From Bacillota bacterium (lineage in GTDB: Bacteria > Bacillota > Clostridia > Christensenellales > UMGS416): DNA of 64,000 nucleotides. Positions 30,627-40,962 of this stretch are shown here, piece by piece; position 1 is the first letter of the stretch, and each line of letters opens with the position of its first letter. The notes under the pieces were generated by a model. That model was not told the DNA's origin and ran no database searches. It was given only the letters and a program-made list of their open reading frames with translations. Where the stretch lies: assembly GCA_023422005.1 (NCBI GenBank), contig JAEZSC010000004.1:16310-80309 (forward strand). Reading direction: 5' to 3'. The position numbers were made by a program, and so were the translations under genes.

Positions 30627-31652
30627 TTACTGATTGGACTCAGGAGTTTCGATGAAACGTATCGAGTCTCGTATGATTAGAGATGTCTCCAACACAAACC
30701 TGCTGCCCGGAGCATCGGGATGATTAAATCGTTTAAGCAACCGATCAAAAGCGGCCTTCGCTAGCAGCTCTTTATTGATGTCCACGGTAGTAAGCGCCGG
30801 CACGCATCTCTTGCACAGATCCGTGTTGTCAAAGCTTAGTAATGACACCTGCTCTGGTAACGGTATACCTTCGGCCTTTAAGCGCATGGCCAGATGATAC
30901 GCCGCCATGTCGCAATGGCACAGGAAGGCAGTGGGCAAAGGAGACGGCAGCGGATGTTGTGGATCATAACGCCCGGCTCTGTCGTTGTTGACTACATGAT
31001 AGGCTTCCACGACCGGCAGTCCCTTTAAGTGCAGAGCTTTTGTATAGCCTAAATATCGGTCCAGAATGCTGTGGGTATGAGAGATGTCGCCGACAAAGCC
31101 GATCTGCTGATGTCCCTGCGTAAGCAGATAGTTTGTTGCACAAAAAGCGGCGTAGTAGTTGTCGATAACGATGGAGTCCACCGGCAAACCTGGGTGGCAG
31201 AAGTCGATGCAGATAGTGGGGATATTCAGACCCAGAACAGTGGCCGTATACTCCGCGGTCAACTCACCGCATAGAAAGATGCCATCCGGCGGATCGTCAA
31301 AGCATACGGCGGGCAGCGTTAGCATCATCTCTTCGGAATTACCAATGACGTTGAGTGATAAGCGGATGCCCTGTTCCTTGCAAAGCTTGGAGATGGCGTA
31401 GTAAATGACCGTATAGAAACGGTCACTCTCCAGAAAAAAGCGTTTGGGGATGAATAGCTCAAACCGCTTGGCGGCGAGACGTGCTGTCTTTGCGTCGGCG
31501 TCATATCCCATTTCGCGGGCGGTGGCCAGTACCTTCTTCTTTAGATTGCTGCCAACACCGGGCTGGTTGTTTATCGCCTTGGATACGGATACCTTAGTGA
31601 TGCCCAGTTTGTCGGCGATCATCTGCATGGTGACCCGGTTCTTCTTTTGCAT
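30627..31652 (-). CDS. LacI-family transcriptional regulator
   Basis: N-terminal HTH VTMQMIADKLGITKVSVSKAINN plus a periplasmic-binding-protein-like sugar-binding core. Confidence 0.85.
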   Translation of the reverse strand: MQKKNRVTMQMIADKLGITKVSVSKAINNQPGVGSNLKKKVLATAREMGYDADAKTARLAAKRFELFIPKRFFLESDRFYTVIYYAISKLCKEQGIRLSLNVIGNSEEMMLTLPAVCFDDPPDGIFLCGELTAEYTATVLGLNIPTICIDFCHPGLPVDSIVIDNYYAAFCATNYLLTQGHQQIGFVGDISHTHSILDRYLGYTKALHLKGLPVVEAYHVVNNDRAGRYDPQHPLPSPLPTAFLCHCDMAAYHLAMRLKAEGIPLPEQVSLLSFDNTDLCKRCVPALTTVDINKELLAKAAFDRLLKRFNHPDAPGSRFVLETSLIIRDSIRFIETPESNQ

Positions 31653-31786
31653 GGGTGAGCTCCCGGCTTACGGTGGTTTGCTTCCTACTATAACAAAACA
31701 ATATGAAAAGAACAATTGTTGTTACTTAATTTAGAAGCTATAATGGGTAACGAAACTTACATCATCCAAAAAGGAGGGCGCGTTTT

Positions 31787-34147
31787 GTGGCAGAACGCCG
31801 ACACGGTGGTCTCGAGAACCTGAGACTGGCGTTGCTTCCGGGCAGAAAATCTGTACTGCTCAAAACGCTGCTGGCCTATATCGCCATCGGCTCGCTACTG
31901 ATTGCATCGATGTCGGTTGTGCTGTATGGCAAGTTCTCCTCTACAAGCATCCAGCAGATCAACCAGACTTCCATGGATGGCCTGTATCAGTCTATGAATA
32001 CCTTCGACCGGTTATGGACATCGCTGTATCTGACAATGAATCGGGAATTCCAGACCGACTCGGTGATGATTGAAGGCTTGAATCTGGATGCCTACAGCCC
32101 AATTCCCTCCAGTCGTATCGAGACCGTGCTGGAAGGCATTGTCAACACGACCAGTGCTATCGAATCGGTGTATCTGTACAACTCCATTGCTGATACCGTG
32201 TTCAGCAACTTCGGGACCGCCACATCCTGTGATTCCTTCTATGACCCTGATATCGTGGGTTTGCTGCGCGACGGCAACATACAGATCTCCAAAACATCGG
32301 ATTGCGCCATCGTCTACCGCAAGATGCGGTATGTCTACGGGTCTCTGGATGTAGCCAAGAATGCTATCACCGTGATCTTCAGCTCCGACGATCTGCGAAC
32401 GGCGCTGATCTTCAACCTTGATCAGGAGCTGCTGCAGAACCTGGTCGTGCCCCGCAACGCACCCAAGGGCCAGAGTATGCTGATTTTGAACCGGGAGGGC
32501 GTCGTGATTTCCGACGCTCAGCCGGACCTCATTTTCCAGAACCTGTCCCAAGAGCCCTATGTACGCCGCGTGCTGGATTCCGGCTCTGATTCGGGGTGCT
32601 TCACCGACGATGTCGATGGCCGCAGGAGCTTGATCACCTTTGGGGCGTGGAACAACTGGGAGACACTGGATTGGATTTTTGTCAGGACCGCCGATTATGA
32701 TGTGCTGCTGGGCAGCCTTCGGCAGCTGCAGCTAAGCGTGCTGCTTATCACCTCGTTGTTTGTGCTGGCGGCCATCACCATTGCCGTGGTGTTCTGGGGC
32801 AACCTGTTCCGGCCGTTCTATCGTCTGATCGGTATTATGCGTTCCCGCAGCCCCTTTGAACCGGCCAAGATGAGCGAGATTGAATATTTGGGTGACGTCT
32901 ACGGCAATCTGGTGCAGGACATCGAGAGTCTGAATCGCTATAAGAACAACAGTCACCAACTGCTGCGGCAGGATTGTCTGTACCGCCTTGTGCATGGCGA
33001 CGCGGCAGCGGCCCGAGGCGTTGGCCAACAGGAAGTGGCGCTGGGCATCGCGCTGGACAGCCCACAATACCGCGTCGTCGTGTTCCGTCTTGACCGGGCG
33101 GGGGAGGTGGCTGGGCCGGATCTGCCGCTGCTTATGTACACGGCCCGCGGCCTCATCGCACAGAACTTCGCGTCCCTGAGCGCCGAGGCAGTCGAGAGCG
33201 CCGACGGCTGTATCAGCCTGGTCTTCGGTGTGCCGGAAAAGCCCTATGATCTGTTCCGCATGATCAAAAATGCTCAGGAAGCCTGCTCCAAGGCGCTGAA
33301 CCTGTCCTTCACAGTGGGCATCGGTACGGTGGAGGAGGCCGCAGCTGGCATCGCGCTGTCGCAACGCACGGCCATGGAGGCCACCGCCTATCGCCTGCTC
33401 TATGGCCGCGGCGCCGTGGTGGATTTCACCGCCGAGGCGGTCAGCCGGCAGATGAAGTACCGGTACCCTCTGGAGATGGAGAAGGAACTGCTGGACGCGG
33501 CCAAGTCGGCCGATCCCGAGCGCTTCGCCGCGACGCTGAACGCCTTCGCCGGCTGCATCGAGAGTTATAACTACAACGAAATCCTGCTGGCCTTCAGCCA
33601 GATGGCCTTCATTTTGATCCGCACGCTTAAAGCTCAGTTGGAGGTCACCCACATGCAGGAGGCAGGCATTGCCGAGGACATCCGGGAGGTGGATCGCACC
33701 ATCCGCTGCGCCGAAACGCTGCAGGATGTGCGCCGGTGGTTGGTTAATTATTATGAGCAATGCGTTGCCGTGATCCGCGCCCGGCGCAACTCCCGTTATC
33801 AGGAGACTGTCACCAGCATACAACACTACATTGAGGAGCACTTCGGCGACCCGGCGCTGTCGGTTGAACGCATAGCCGACCATGTGGGCCTGTCGCCCAA
33901 CTATATGCGTACGCTGTACAAGGACCACACCGGCATGACGGTGTCCCATTTCCTCAACGAGCTGCGTTTCAGGCGGGCGGCACAGCTGCTGGCTGACACC
34001 GACACGACCATTGGCCAGATCGCAGCCATGGTGGGCTTCCCGGAAGGCAGCTACTTTTACTCGGCATTTAAGAACTCCATGGGCATGACGCCGGCGGAAT
34101 ATCGCAAGAGCCGGCGCCAACGGGGAGAGCCTCAAACCGGAGAGTAA
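31787..34147 (+). CDS. Membrane-bound AraC-family regulator with extracytoplasmic sensor domain
   Basis: GTG start with AAGGAGGG RBS. Two TM segments flank a ~280-aa domain. C-terminal AraC HTH (SVERIADHVGLSPNYMRTLYK ... GFPEGSYFYSAFKNSMGMTPAEYRK). Confidence 0.7.
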   Translation: MAERRHGGLENLRLALLPGRKSVLLKTLLAYIAIGSLLIASMSVVLYGKFSSTSIQQINQTSMDGLYQSMNTFDRLWTSLYLTMNREFQTDSVMIEGLNLDAYSPIPSSRIETVLEGIVNTTSAIESVYLYNSIADTVFSNFGTATSCDSFYDPDIVGLLRDGNIQISKTSDCAIVYRKMRYVYGSLDVAKNAITVIFSSDDLRTALIFNLDQELLQNLVVPRNAPKGQSMLILNREGVVISDAQPDLIFQNLSQEPYVRRVLDSGSDSGCFTDDVDGRRSLITFGAWNNWETLDWIFVRTADYDVLLGSLRQLQLSVLLITSLFVLAAITIAVVFWGNLFRPFYRLIGIMRSRSPFEPAKMSEIEYLGDVYGNLVQDIESLNRYKNNSHQLLRQDCLYRLVHGDAAAARGVGQQEVALGIALDSPQYRVVVFRLDRAGEVAGPDLPLLMYTARGLIAQNFASLSAEAVESADGCISLVFGVPEKPYDLFRMIKNAQEACSKALNLSFTVGIGTVEEAAAGIALSQRTAMEATAYRLLYGRGAVVDFTAEAVSRQMKYRYPLEMEKELLDAAKSADPERFAATLNAFAGCIESYNYNEILLAFSQMAFILIRTLKAQLEVTHMQEAGIAEDIREVDRTIRCAETLQDVRRWLVNYYEQCVAVIRARRNSRYQETVTSIQHYIEEHFGDPALSVERIADHVGLSPNYMRTLYKDHTGMTVSHFLNELRFRRAAQLLADTDTTIGQIAAMVGFPEGSYFYSAFKNSMGMTPAEYRKSRRQRGEPQTGE

Positions 34148-34175
34148 CAAAGTCTCGCTTGTTAAGCGCTGCATC

Positions 34176-34214
34176 CCGCCACAAGCTGTCATCGGGCGCA
34201 TGTGGCGGTTTTTT
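34176..34214 (+). terminator. Rho-independent terminator
   Basis: CCGCCACA / TGTGGCGG stem followed by TTTTTT. Confidence 0.6.
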
Positions 34215-34368
34215 CTCACGCAGGCTATACAATTGCCTATATGAGCTACTTCAATTTATAAAGAATGCCCAAATAGTTAGAAATCTGAATGGACAACATC
34301 ACTTAACAAAGATATATTCTGCTCATCCGAAGCGATGCAGGTAACGCAAATGCCATCAGGAGGAAGGT

Positions 34369-35340
34369 ATGAGCATACAGACAATCCAGCAGACCAATAA
34401 GCAACCGCAGAGAAAGAAACGCCATGGTTTCTTAATCGAACTGGTGAAGAACCGCTATCTGTATTTGCTGGCATTGCCGGGTTTGCTTTTCTTTTTGATC
34501 TTTAATTATCTGCCAATGGTCGGCCTCTATATTGCCTTCATCGATTACAATCCCATAGCCGGCCTTTTTGGGTTTGCCAGCAAGTTTGTTGGGCTGTTCA
34601 ACTTCAAGTTCTTCTTCACTTCCAATGACTGGCTGTTCGTAACATTCAATACGCTGTTCCTCAACGCGCTGTTCATATCCACCGGACTGGTTGTGCAGAT
34701 ATTCATGGCCGTGGGGCTCAACGAGCTTGCCAGCCGGCCCTTCAAGCGCACGGCTCAGACGCTGATGTACCTGCCGAATTTTCTCTCGTGGACTGTTGTA
34801 TCCGTGTTTTCCATTGCGCTATTTTCTTCGGACAGTGGGCTTTTCAACAACATTCTGAGAACCTTTGGCCTTCCTACGATCGATTTTTATCAGAACGCCG
34901 CGGTATGGCCGCCGCTGTTGATTGCACTGCGGCTGTGGAAGGGTGCGGGCTTTGGTACCGTCATCTATCTTTCCACGATCTCCAGCATCAATCAGGAACT
35001 CTACGAGGCCGCAATCATCGACGGCGCATCCCGACTGCAGTGCATCACGCGCATCACGTTGCCGCTGTTGCGCTCGACGACGGTTATGCTGCTGATACTG
35101 TCTATCGGTGGCATATTTTACGGGGATTTCGGCATGATCTACGCCCTGGTGGGAGACAACCCACTGCTGCGCGGCACCACCGACGTTATCGATACCTTTG
35201 TCTACCGGGCATTGCGGCTGAACAACGATTACGGCATGTCCTCCGCGGTGGGCCTGTTCCAATCCGCTATCGGTTTTGTCATGGTCATTACCGCAAACGC
35301 GATTACGCGTAAACTCGATCAGGACTCGGCTCTCTTCTAG
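34369..35340 (+). CDS. CUT1-family sugar ABC transporter permease (LplB/YesP-like)
   Basis: 6 TM segments. EAA-loop region ELYEAAIIDGASRLQCITRITLPLL. Confidence 0.85.
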   Translation: MSIQTIQQTNKQPQRKKRHGFLIELVKNRYLYLLALPGLLFFLIFNYLPMVGLYIAFIDYNPIAGLFGFASKFVGLFNFKFFFTSNDWLFVTFNTLFLNALFISTGLVVQIFMAVGLNELASRPFKRTAQTLMYLPNFLSWTVVSVFSIALFSSDSGLFNNILRTFGLPTIDFYQNAAVWPPLLIALRLWKGAGFGTVIYLSTISSINQELYEAAIIDGASRLQCITRITLPLLRSTTVMLLILSIGGIFYGDFGMIYALVGDNPLLRGTTDVIDTFVYRALRLNNDYGMSSAVGLFQSAIGFVMVITANAITRKLDQDSALF

Positions 35341-35357
35341 AAGACGGAGGATGCAAT

Positions 35358-36251
35358 ATGAGATACAAAACCTTTGGTGATCGTATTCTAGTGGCAGTGT
35401 TCTACATTGTTACGGGCGGGTTTGCGCTGATCTGTCTGTTACCCTTGTGGGTGGCGCTCGTAGCGTCGTTTTCCAACGAGACCAAACTTGTGCATGACGG
35501 TTACAGCCTGTGGATCAACCAATTCGACCTGACTGCCTACCGGCTGATCTTCACAGGTACATCTTCCGTGTTGAACGCGTACGGCGTTACGATCCTCACG
35601 ACCGCTTGCGGTGCTGGGCTCACGGTGCTGTTGACGAGTTCGCTGGCTTATCCGCTGACGGTACCGGCTCTGCGTTACCGCAATGCGATGTCGCTGTTCG
35701 CCTACGCGACAATGCTGTTCAATGGCGGCTTGGTACCCACCTACATACTGACGACGCGTCTGTTGCATATGGGCAACACGCTGTGGGTGCTGATCGTGCC
35801 CGGTGCGCTCAACGCCTACAACATGTTCCTGATGAAGAATTATTTCTCGACAATACCCGACAGTATGTCGGAATCGGCCAAGATCGATGGCGCCAGCGAC
35901 ATCTATATCTTCTTTCGGATCATCCTTCCTCTGGCCAAGCCCATCATCGCAACGATCGCTCTGTTTTCCGCCATGGGCTACTGGAATGAGTGGTTCCGGG
36001 TGTTGCTCTATATTGATAATTCCAAGCTCTTTACGCTGCAGTACCTGATAATGCGCCTGCAGCAGCAGGTGGACTTCCTGACGTCGTCTTTGAATACGGC
36101 GGCCCGCAACTCCATGGGCAACCTGGCGGTGCCAACGATCAGCATCCGCCTGTCCACCGCGATGGTATCCATAGGGCCGATTATATTGCTCTACCCGTTC
36201 CTGCAGCGCTATTTTATCAAGGGAATCATGGTGGGCGCCGTAAAAGGATGA
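35358..36251 (+). CDS. CUT1-family sugar ABC transporter permease (LplC/YesQ-like)
   Basis: 6 TM segments. EAA-loop SESAKIDGASDIYIFFRIILPLAKP. Confidence 0.85.
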   Translation: MRYKTFGDRILVAVFYIVTGGFALICLLPLWVALVASFSNETKLVHDGYSLWINQFDLTAYRLIFTGTSSVLNAYGVTILTTACGAGLTVLLTSSLAYPLTVPALRYRNAMSLFAYATMLFNGGLVPTYILTTRLLHMGNTLWVLIVPGALNAYNMFLMKNYFSTIPDSMSESAKIDGASDIYIFFRIILPLAKPIIATIALFSAMGYWNEWFRVLLYIDNSKLFTLQYLIMRLQQQVDFLTSSLNTAARNSMGNLAVPTISIRLSTAMVSIGPIILLYPFLQRYFIKGIMVGAVKG

Positions 36252-36301
36252 GCCCGACGGCAAACACCACAGATAACGCACATAAAAAAGGAGGAAGAAG
36301 A

Positions 36302-38026
36302 ATGTCCCGAAAAGCGCTAAAACCATTGGCGATTCTGGTTGCACTTTCCATGTTGCTGGCCTCGCTGGCCGCGTGCACCCCGTCTCCTGCTGCGACAACC
36401 GCTCCGGCAAGCGCCGCGCCCGCACAATCCGAAGCGCCAGCCGCCAGCACTACTGTTGAAGAGACCGCAAGCGCGGCGCCGTCAGCCCCGCAGCCGCCTG
36501 AGCATGTCACACTGGAGTTCATTGCGCCCTCACCGGTGACTGCCGTCAACGGCTTTGACGCTGTCCTGGCTGAGTTCGCAAAGCAGACGGCTTCCACGAT
36601 CAACGCAGACATCCATTACACTTTCACCGGTTTTGACGACATCGGCCAGAAGGTCTCGCTGAAGCTGTCCGCCGGCGAGGCATTGGATTGCGCGTTCACC
36701 GCCCAGTGGACCAACCCATCGGTAATGCAGATGGTTTCCAAGGGCATGCTGGTAAATCTGGACAAGTACTTCACCGATCCGACGAATTATCCTGGGCTCA
36801 ATAAGGCTTTCACGCAGGACTTCCTACGAAACAACAGCTTCGCCGACGCCAACAACGAATACCACGTTTATGCCGTCCCCTTCGGCCACAGCTTCATCGG
36901 CGGCAGCGCCATCTATTACCGCAAGGACCTGGCTGATAAATACGGCATCTCCACAATCGCTTCCAATGATGACCTCTACAAGTACTTCGATGCAATACTG
37001 GCCAACGAAAAGGGCATGACGCCCTTCACGTTCCTGGGTTCCAACGACTTGTTGTCCGACTGGCTGAAGCCGCTGGTAATCCCGCCGGTTACGGGCAAAC
37101 ACAATACCGTTGGCATCAACGGCATCAACGTCGCCATTAGGGATGACGGCACCGTCTATGCCGCCAAGACATTTATCCCTGCGCTGGACCCTGAATACAA
37201 GGCGCTGATGAACCCCATCGAGGCGGCGATCGACCCGCTGGCATCCGTCAAGATGGCCCGCGAGTGGTATGTAAAGGGCTACATTGAGAAGGACAACCTG
37301 AACCAAAAGGATCATGAGGGCCAATTTATGGCCGGCAAGGCAGCCTCTTACATGCGAGGTGTGGATACCTTCTCTGCCATCAAGACCCGCCTGGGAACCT
37401 CGATACCCGGCGCCAAGCTCGGATACTGGGTTATCCAACCTGGCATCCGCTATGGTATGGACAAGATTGAGGGCAGCGACTTCAAGGTATGGAACTTCGC
37501 CAGCCTGCCCGTCAACTCCAAGTACAACGACCGGGTGATGGCAATCTTCGACTGGATCTTTGCTGACCAGGCCCACCATGACCTGTTCGAACTGGGCATC
37601 GAGGGCACGCATTGGGTGGCCGACGGTCCCGACAAGTACAAACTGCCCGACGGCACCGACCCGGCTCAGGCGTACAACTTCCCCGGTTACATCCTGACCT
37701 GGGCGCCCACGATGCAGCGGTTTGACTCACAGATGCCCGATGAGATCGTGGCAATCATGAAGAAGCTGGGCGACACCAACTACTACTACAAGCTGCCGAC
37801 CGCAGGGTTCTCCTTCATAACCGACCCGGTTAAGACCGAGGTGGCCAAGCTCAACGACCTAACTGCCCTGTCACGCGCGCTAGCTAACGGCGTCATTGCC
37901 GACATCGACGGCGAGGTCACCAAGATCCAGAAGCAATATGACCAAGCCGGTTATCAGACGCTGCGCGACGAGGTCATCAAACAATTCGGCGAATTCCTGA
38001 AGACCAATCCCTATCAGGGTCAGTAA
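36302..38026 (+). CDS. Extracellular solute-binding lipoprotein (large LplA-type sugar-binding protein)
   Basis: ATG 36302 with GGAGGAAG RBS. Lipobox LLASLAAC followed by an Ala/Pro/Ser-rich linker. ~570 aa, typical of LplA-like SBPs. Confidence 0.8.
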   Translation: MSRKALKPLAILVALSMLLASLAACTPSPAATTAPASAAPAQSEAPAASTTVEETASAAPSAPQPPEHVTLEFIAPSPVTAVNGFDAVLAEFAKQTASTINADIHYTFTGFDDIGQKVSLKLSAGEALDCAFTAQWTNPSVMQMVSKGMLVNLDKYFTDPTNYPGLNKAFTQDFLRNNSFADANNEYHVYAVPFGHSFIGGSAIYYRKDLADKYGISTIASNDDLYKYFDAILANEKGMTPFTFLGSNDLLSDWLKPLVIPPVTGKHNTVGINGINVAIRDDGTVYAAKTFIPALDPEYKALMNPIEAAIDPLASVKMAREWYVKGYIEKDNLNQKDHEGQFMAGKAASYMRGVDTFSAIKTRLGTSIPGAKLGYWVIQPGIRYGMDKIEGSDFKVWNFASLPVNSKYNDRVMAIFDWIFADQAHHDLFELGIEGTHWVADGPDKYKLPDGTDPAQAYNFPGYILTWAPTMQRFDSQMPDEIVAIMKKLGDTNYYYKLPTAGFSFITDPVKTEVAKLNDLTALSRALANGVIADIDGEVTKIQKQYDQAGYQTLRDEVIKQFGEFLKTNPYQGQ

Positions 38027-38060
38027 CCGCTTAACCGTTCATGACAATAGAAACGCACCA

Positions 38061-38094
38061 GGGAATGGAAACAGCCTGCGCTGTTTCCATTCCC
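38061..38094 (+). promoter_or_regulatory. Intercistronic perfect stem-loop after the SBP gene
   Basis: GGGAATGGAAACAGC / GCTGTTTCCATTCCC (15 bp), 4-nt loop, no T-tract. The next RBS starts 4 nt later. Confidence 0.5.
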
Positions 38095-38111
38095 ATAAAA
38101 GGAGGCTTCCG

Positions 38112-39080
38112 GTGCTCTTTGAACAGGTCACACCTACGCTCGCCCGTGCCCAACTGGAAGAATTGCGCGCTCGCGGTATGCCAACTGGCGGTGTCATTGT
38201 GCCCATTGCGGGCATCGATTGCCCGATGGTCACCAATCCATCAATTCCCTTCCTAAGTGATGGCATCGAGGTTCTGGCCGTCCGGGCGGATGCCGGCGGC
38301 CCGCAGCCATCCTCGCACACCGTGTTTTGCCAATGGCAGGTCGACGCCTGGCGGCCCATCCCCGGCGCGCAGACGCTTGCGTTGGAAGACCCCTTTGTCA
38401 CCTGCGTTGCTGGCCAGCTAGTGCTGGGCGGCGTGCGCGTTATCGTGGAAAACGGCTCCGTAACCTCATGGGTTACCGATTTCTATATGGGTCAAAGCAT
38501 CCATTCGCTGCGGCATCTGTTCACAGGGCCATGGCATATGAAGGACATCCGTCTTGTAGAATTGAGCGACGGCCGCATCGGCGTGTTCTCCCGCCCTCAG
38601 GGCCAGAAAATGCTGGACCGGTACGGCTGCATCGCCCAGATCGGCTTTACCGTGTTCGGCAGTCTGCAGGACATCACCGCCGAGGGCATCGAGGCGGCGC
38701 CTTACTTACAGGGCCTTTTCCTGCCTGGCGAGTGGGGCGGGGCCAATCAGGTTTATCTGCTGGACAACGGCCTGCTGGGCGTCGTCGGCCATAAGGCCTG
38801 GGGAGAGCACATCGGGGGAGAACATATGCTGCACTACTACAGCATGGCCTTCGCGTTGGACCCGGTCAGCCACCGGTTCACCGAACCTCGAGTCATCTGC
38901 GCCCGGGAGTGTTTTGCCGACGGGCCGGCGTCGCAACCCCGGGTGCGGGACGTTACCTTCACCGCCGGCATTGTCCGCCGGGGGGGACGGGCAGAGCTCT
39001 ACACCGGCTTGAGTGACTGCCAGATCGGGCGCATCGAGATCGATGACCCGCTGTGCATGTATGAGGAGCTTCGACTGTGA
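38112..39080 (+). CDS. DUF1861-like beta-propeller protein (GH-like fold)
   Basis: GTG start with AAAGGAGG RBS. Motifs DPFVT, GPWHMKDIRLVEL, GVFSRPQG, EWGGANQVYLL, GVVGHKAW, HYYSMAF and LYTGLSD are recalled as DUF1861 hallmarks. Confidence 0.6.
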   Translation: MLFEQVTPTLARAQLEELRARGMPTGGVIVPIAGIDCPMVTNPSIPFLSDGIEVLAVRADAGGPQPSSHTVFCQWQVDAWRPIPGAQTLALEDPFVTCVAGQLVLGGVRVIVENGSVTSWVTDFYMGQSIHSLRHLFTGPWHMKDIRLVELSDGRIGVFSRPQGQKMLDRYGCIAQIGFTVFGSLQDITAEGIEAAPYLQGLFLPGEWGGANQVYLLDNGLLGVVGHKAWGEHIGGEHMLHYYSMAFALDPVSHRFTEPRVICARECFADGPASQPRVRDVTFTAGIVRRGGRAELYTGLSDCQIGRIEIDDPLCMYEELRL

Positions 39081-40105
39081 ATCGCAGGGAACGAATTTTG
39101 GCTGCCATTGCCCATGAACCAGTGGATAAGGTTCCTGTGGGCTTTGATATCTGCAGCGAGGAACTGATGCAGAAGACTCTCACCCATTATGGCATCGGGA
39201 ACATTGGGGAGCTCTATGCCAAGACGGGTATCGAGGCCTTCTCTGTGTGGCAATGGCCGGCTGTCACTCCGACCTATGTCGGTCCGGAACGGCCCGGGTC
39301 GCAGGCCCGTGACGCTACCTATGGCGCCTGGGGCAAAGTTGGTGAAGTTGTCTATCCGCTGGCCGGGCGGAACCTGAATGATTACCACTGGCCCCGGGTG
39401 GAGGATTTCGACTTTTCCTCACTGAAAGAGGAGCTCTCTCTTGTTCGCCAGATGGATATGACCGCCGCCAGCGGCCACGCTGGGGCGGGTTGGCTGCACC
39501 ATGTTCAGATGCGCGGTTATGACCATGCGTTGTTCGATGTGTTGGACGACGCCTGGATGGAGGAGTACATGGGCCGCAACCGTGAATTCCTTCTGCGTTA
39601 CTTCCGGGCGTTGTTCCGGGAGGCCGGCGGCCTGATCGACATCATCCGCGCCGATGAGGATGTGGGTGGGCAACTTAACATGCTTATCAGCCCCGCCCTG
39701 TGGCGTCGCTGGTACAAGCCCCTGTGGGCGGAGCTCTTCTCCCTCTGCCATGAGAACGGTGCGCGGGTGTGGCTGCATTCCTGCGGGTTCTGCTGGGATA
39801 TCGTGCCGGATTTCATCGACATGGGTGCCGACGTGCTCAACCCGCTGCCGCCCTATGTGCGCTGTGGCGATCCGGCGGCCATGAAAGCGAATTTTGGTGA
39901 CCGGCTGGCCTTCGACGGCGGTGTGGATCAGATCAACGCCATCGCCCTGGGCACACCCGTGGACATCCGCCGGGAGGTGCGGCTGCGGCTGGAGCAGCTT
40001 TCGCCGGGCAGCGGATACATTCTGGGGCCGTCACAGGTGTTTTCCCGGGACGTCTCCTTTGAAAACCTGCTGGCTTTCTTCGACGCGGCCCAGGAGTATT
40101 GCTGA
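39077..40105 (+). CDS. Uroporphyrinogen decarboxylase (URO-D)/MtaA-like family protein
   Basis: GTGA overlap with the upstream stop. N-terminus RERILAAIAHEPVDKVPV. Internal WLHSCGFC (H-x-C). TIM-barrel-length protein. Confidence 0.7.
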   Translation: MNRRERILAAIAHEPVDKVPVGFDICSEELMQKTLTHYGIGNIGELYAKTGIEAFSVWQWPAVTPTYVGPERPGSQARDATYGAWGKVGEVVYPLAGRNLNDYHWPRVEDFDFSSLKEELSLVRQMDMTAASGHAGAGWLHHVQMRGYDHALFDVLDDAWMEEYMGRNREFLLRYFRALFREAGGLIDIIRADEDVGGQLNMLISPALWRRWYKPLWAELFSLCHENGARVWLHSCGFCWDIVPDFIDMGADVLNPLPPYVRCGDPAAMKANFGDRLAFDGGVDQINAIALGTPVDIRREVRLRLEQLSPGSGYILGPSQVFSRDVSFENLLAFFDAAQEYC

Positions 40106-40962
40106 TGGGAGAAGGGGAATTGCGCGGCATGATCGCCGATATCCAGCGGTTCAGCCTGCACGACGGGCCGGGCATCCGCACGACGGTATTTCTGAAGGGC
40201 TGCAACCTGCGCTGCGCCTGGTGCCACAACCCGGAGACCATTTCCTTCCAACCCCAGGTGCTGCTGCGCCCGGAAAAGTGCATCGGCTGCGGCGGGTGTG
40301 AGGATGGCTGCTTCTCCGGTGCCCGGGTGCTTTGCGGCGTGGAACGCACGGTGGACGATGTGCTGCGGGATGTGCTTCTGGATGCACCTTTCTACGGCAC
40401 CGACGGCGGTGTCACCGTGTCCGGTGGAGAGCCGCTTTGCCAGATGCAGTTCACCGCCGCGCTGCTGGCCGCCTGCCGGGCGGCGGGGGTGCGCACGGCG
40501 GTGGAGAGCAACATGACCCTGCCGTGGGAAGTGGCCTGGAGCGTGTTGCAATATTGCGATCTGCTGATGGCGGACCTGAAACTTTGGGACCTAGAGGAGC
40601 ACCGGCGCTGGACAGGCCAGAGCAACAGGGAGATCAAGGCAAACCTGCTGCGGGCAGCGGACGCCGGGCTGCCGGTGCTGCTACGCACGCCGGTGATCCC
40701 CGGCGTGAATGACCGGGAAGAGGAAATACGCGCCATCGCGCGCTTTGCCAAGGGATTGAATACCTTGGTTTGTTATGAGCTGCTGCCATACCATCCCCTG
40801 GGGTTATCCAAGGGACAGTTGGAAGGATGGCAGGCCACAGAGTTTGCAAAACCGTCCGCGGACCGGATGATGGACTTGGCCCAGGCGGCCATGGAGGAAG
40901 GCGTGGAGGTCCGATTGGCCAACACGTCGGTGACACAGAAACGGGAGGGAGAACATGAGTGA
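40105..40962 (+). CDS. Glycyl-radical enzyme activating enzyme (radical SAM)
   Basis: IQRFSLHDGPGIRTTVFLKGCNLRCAWCHNPE (CX3CX2C), an extra CIGCGGCEDGC ferredoxin-like motif, and GGVTVSGGEP. TGATG overlap with the upstream stop. Confidence 0.85.
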   Translation: MGEGELRGMIADIQRFSLHDGPGIRTTVFLKGCNLRCAWCHNPETISFQPQVLLRPEKCIGCGGCEDGCFSGARVLCGVERTVDDVLRDVLLDAPFYGTDGGVTVSGGEPLCQMQFTAALLAACRAAGVRTAVESNMTLPWEVAWSVLQYCDLLMADLKLWDLEEHRRWTGQSNREIKANLLRAADAGLPVLLRTPVIPGVNDREEEIRAIARFAKGLNTLVCYELLPYHPLGLSKGQLEGWQATEFAKPSADRMMDLAQAAMEEGVEVRLANTSVTQKREGEHE

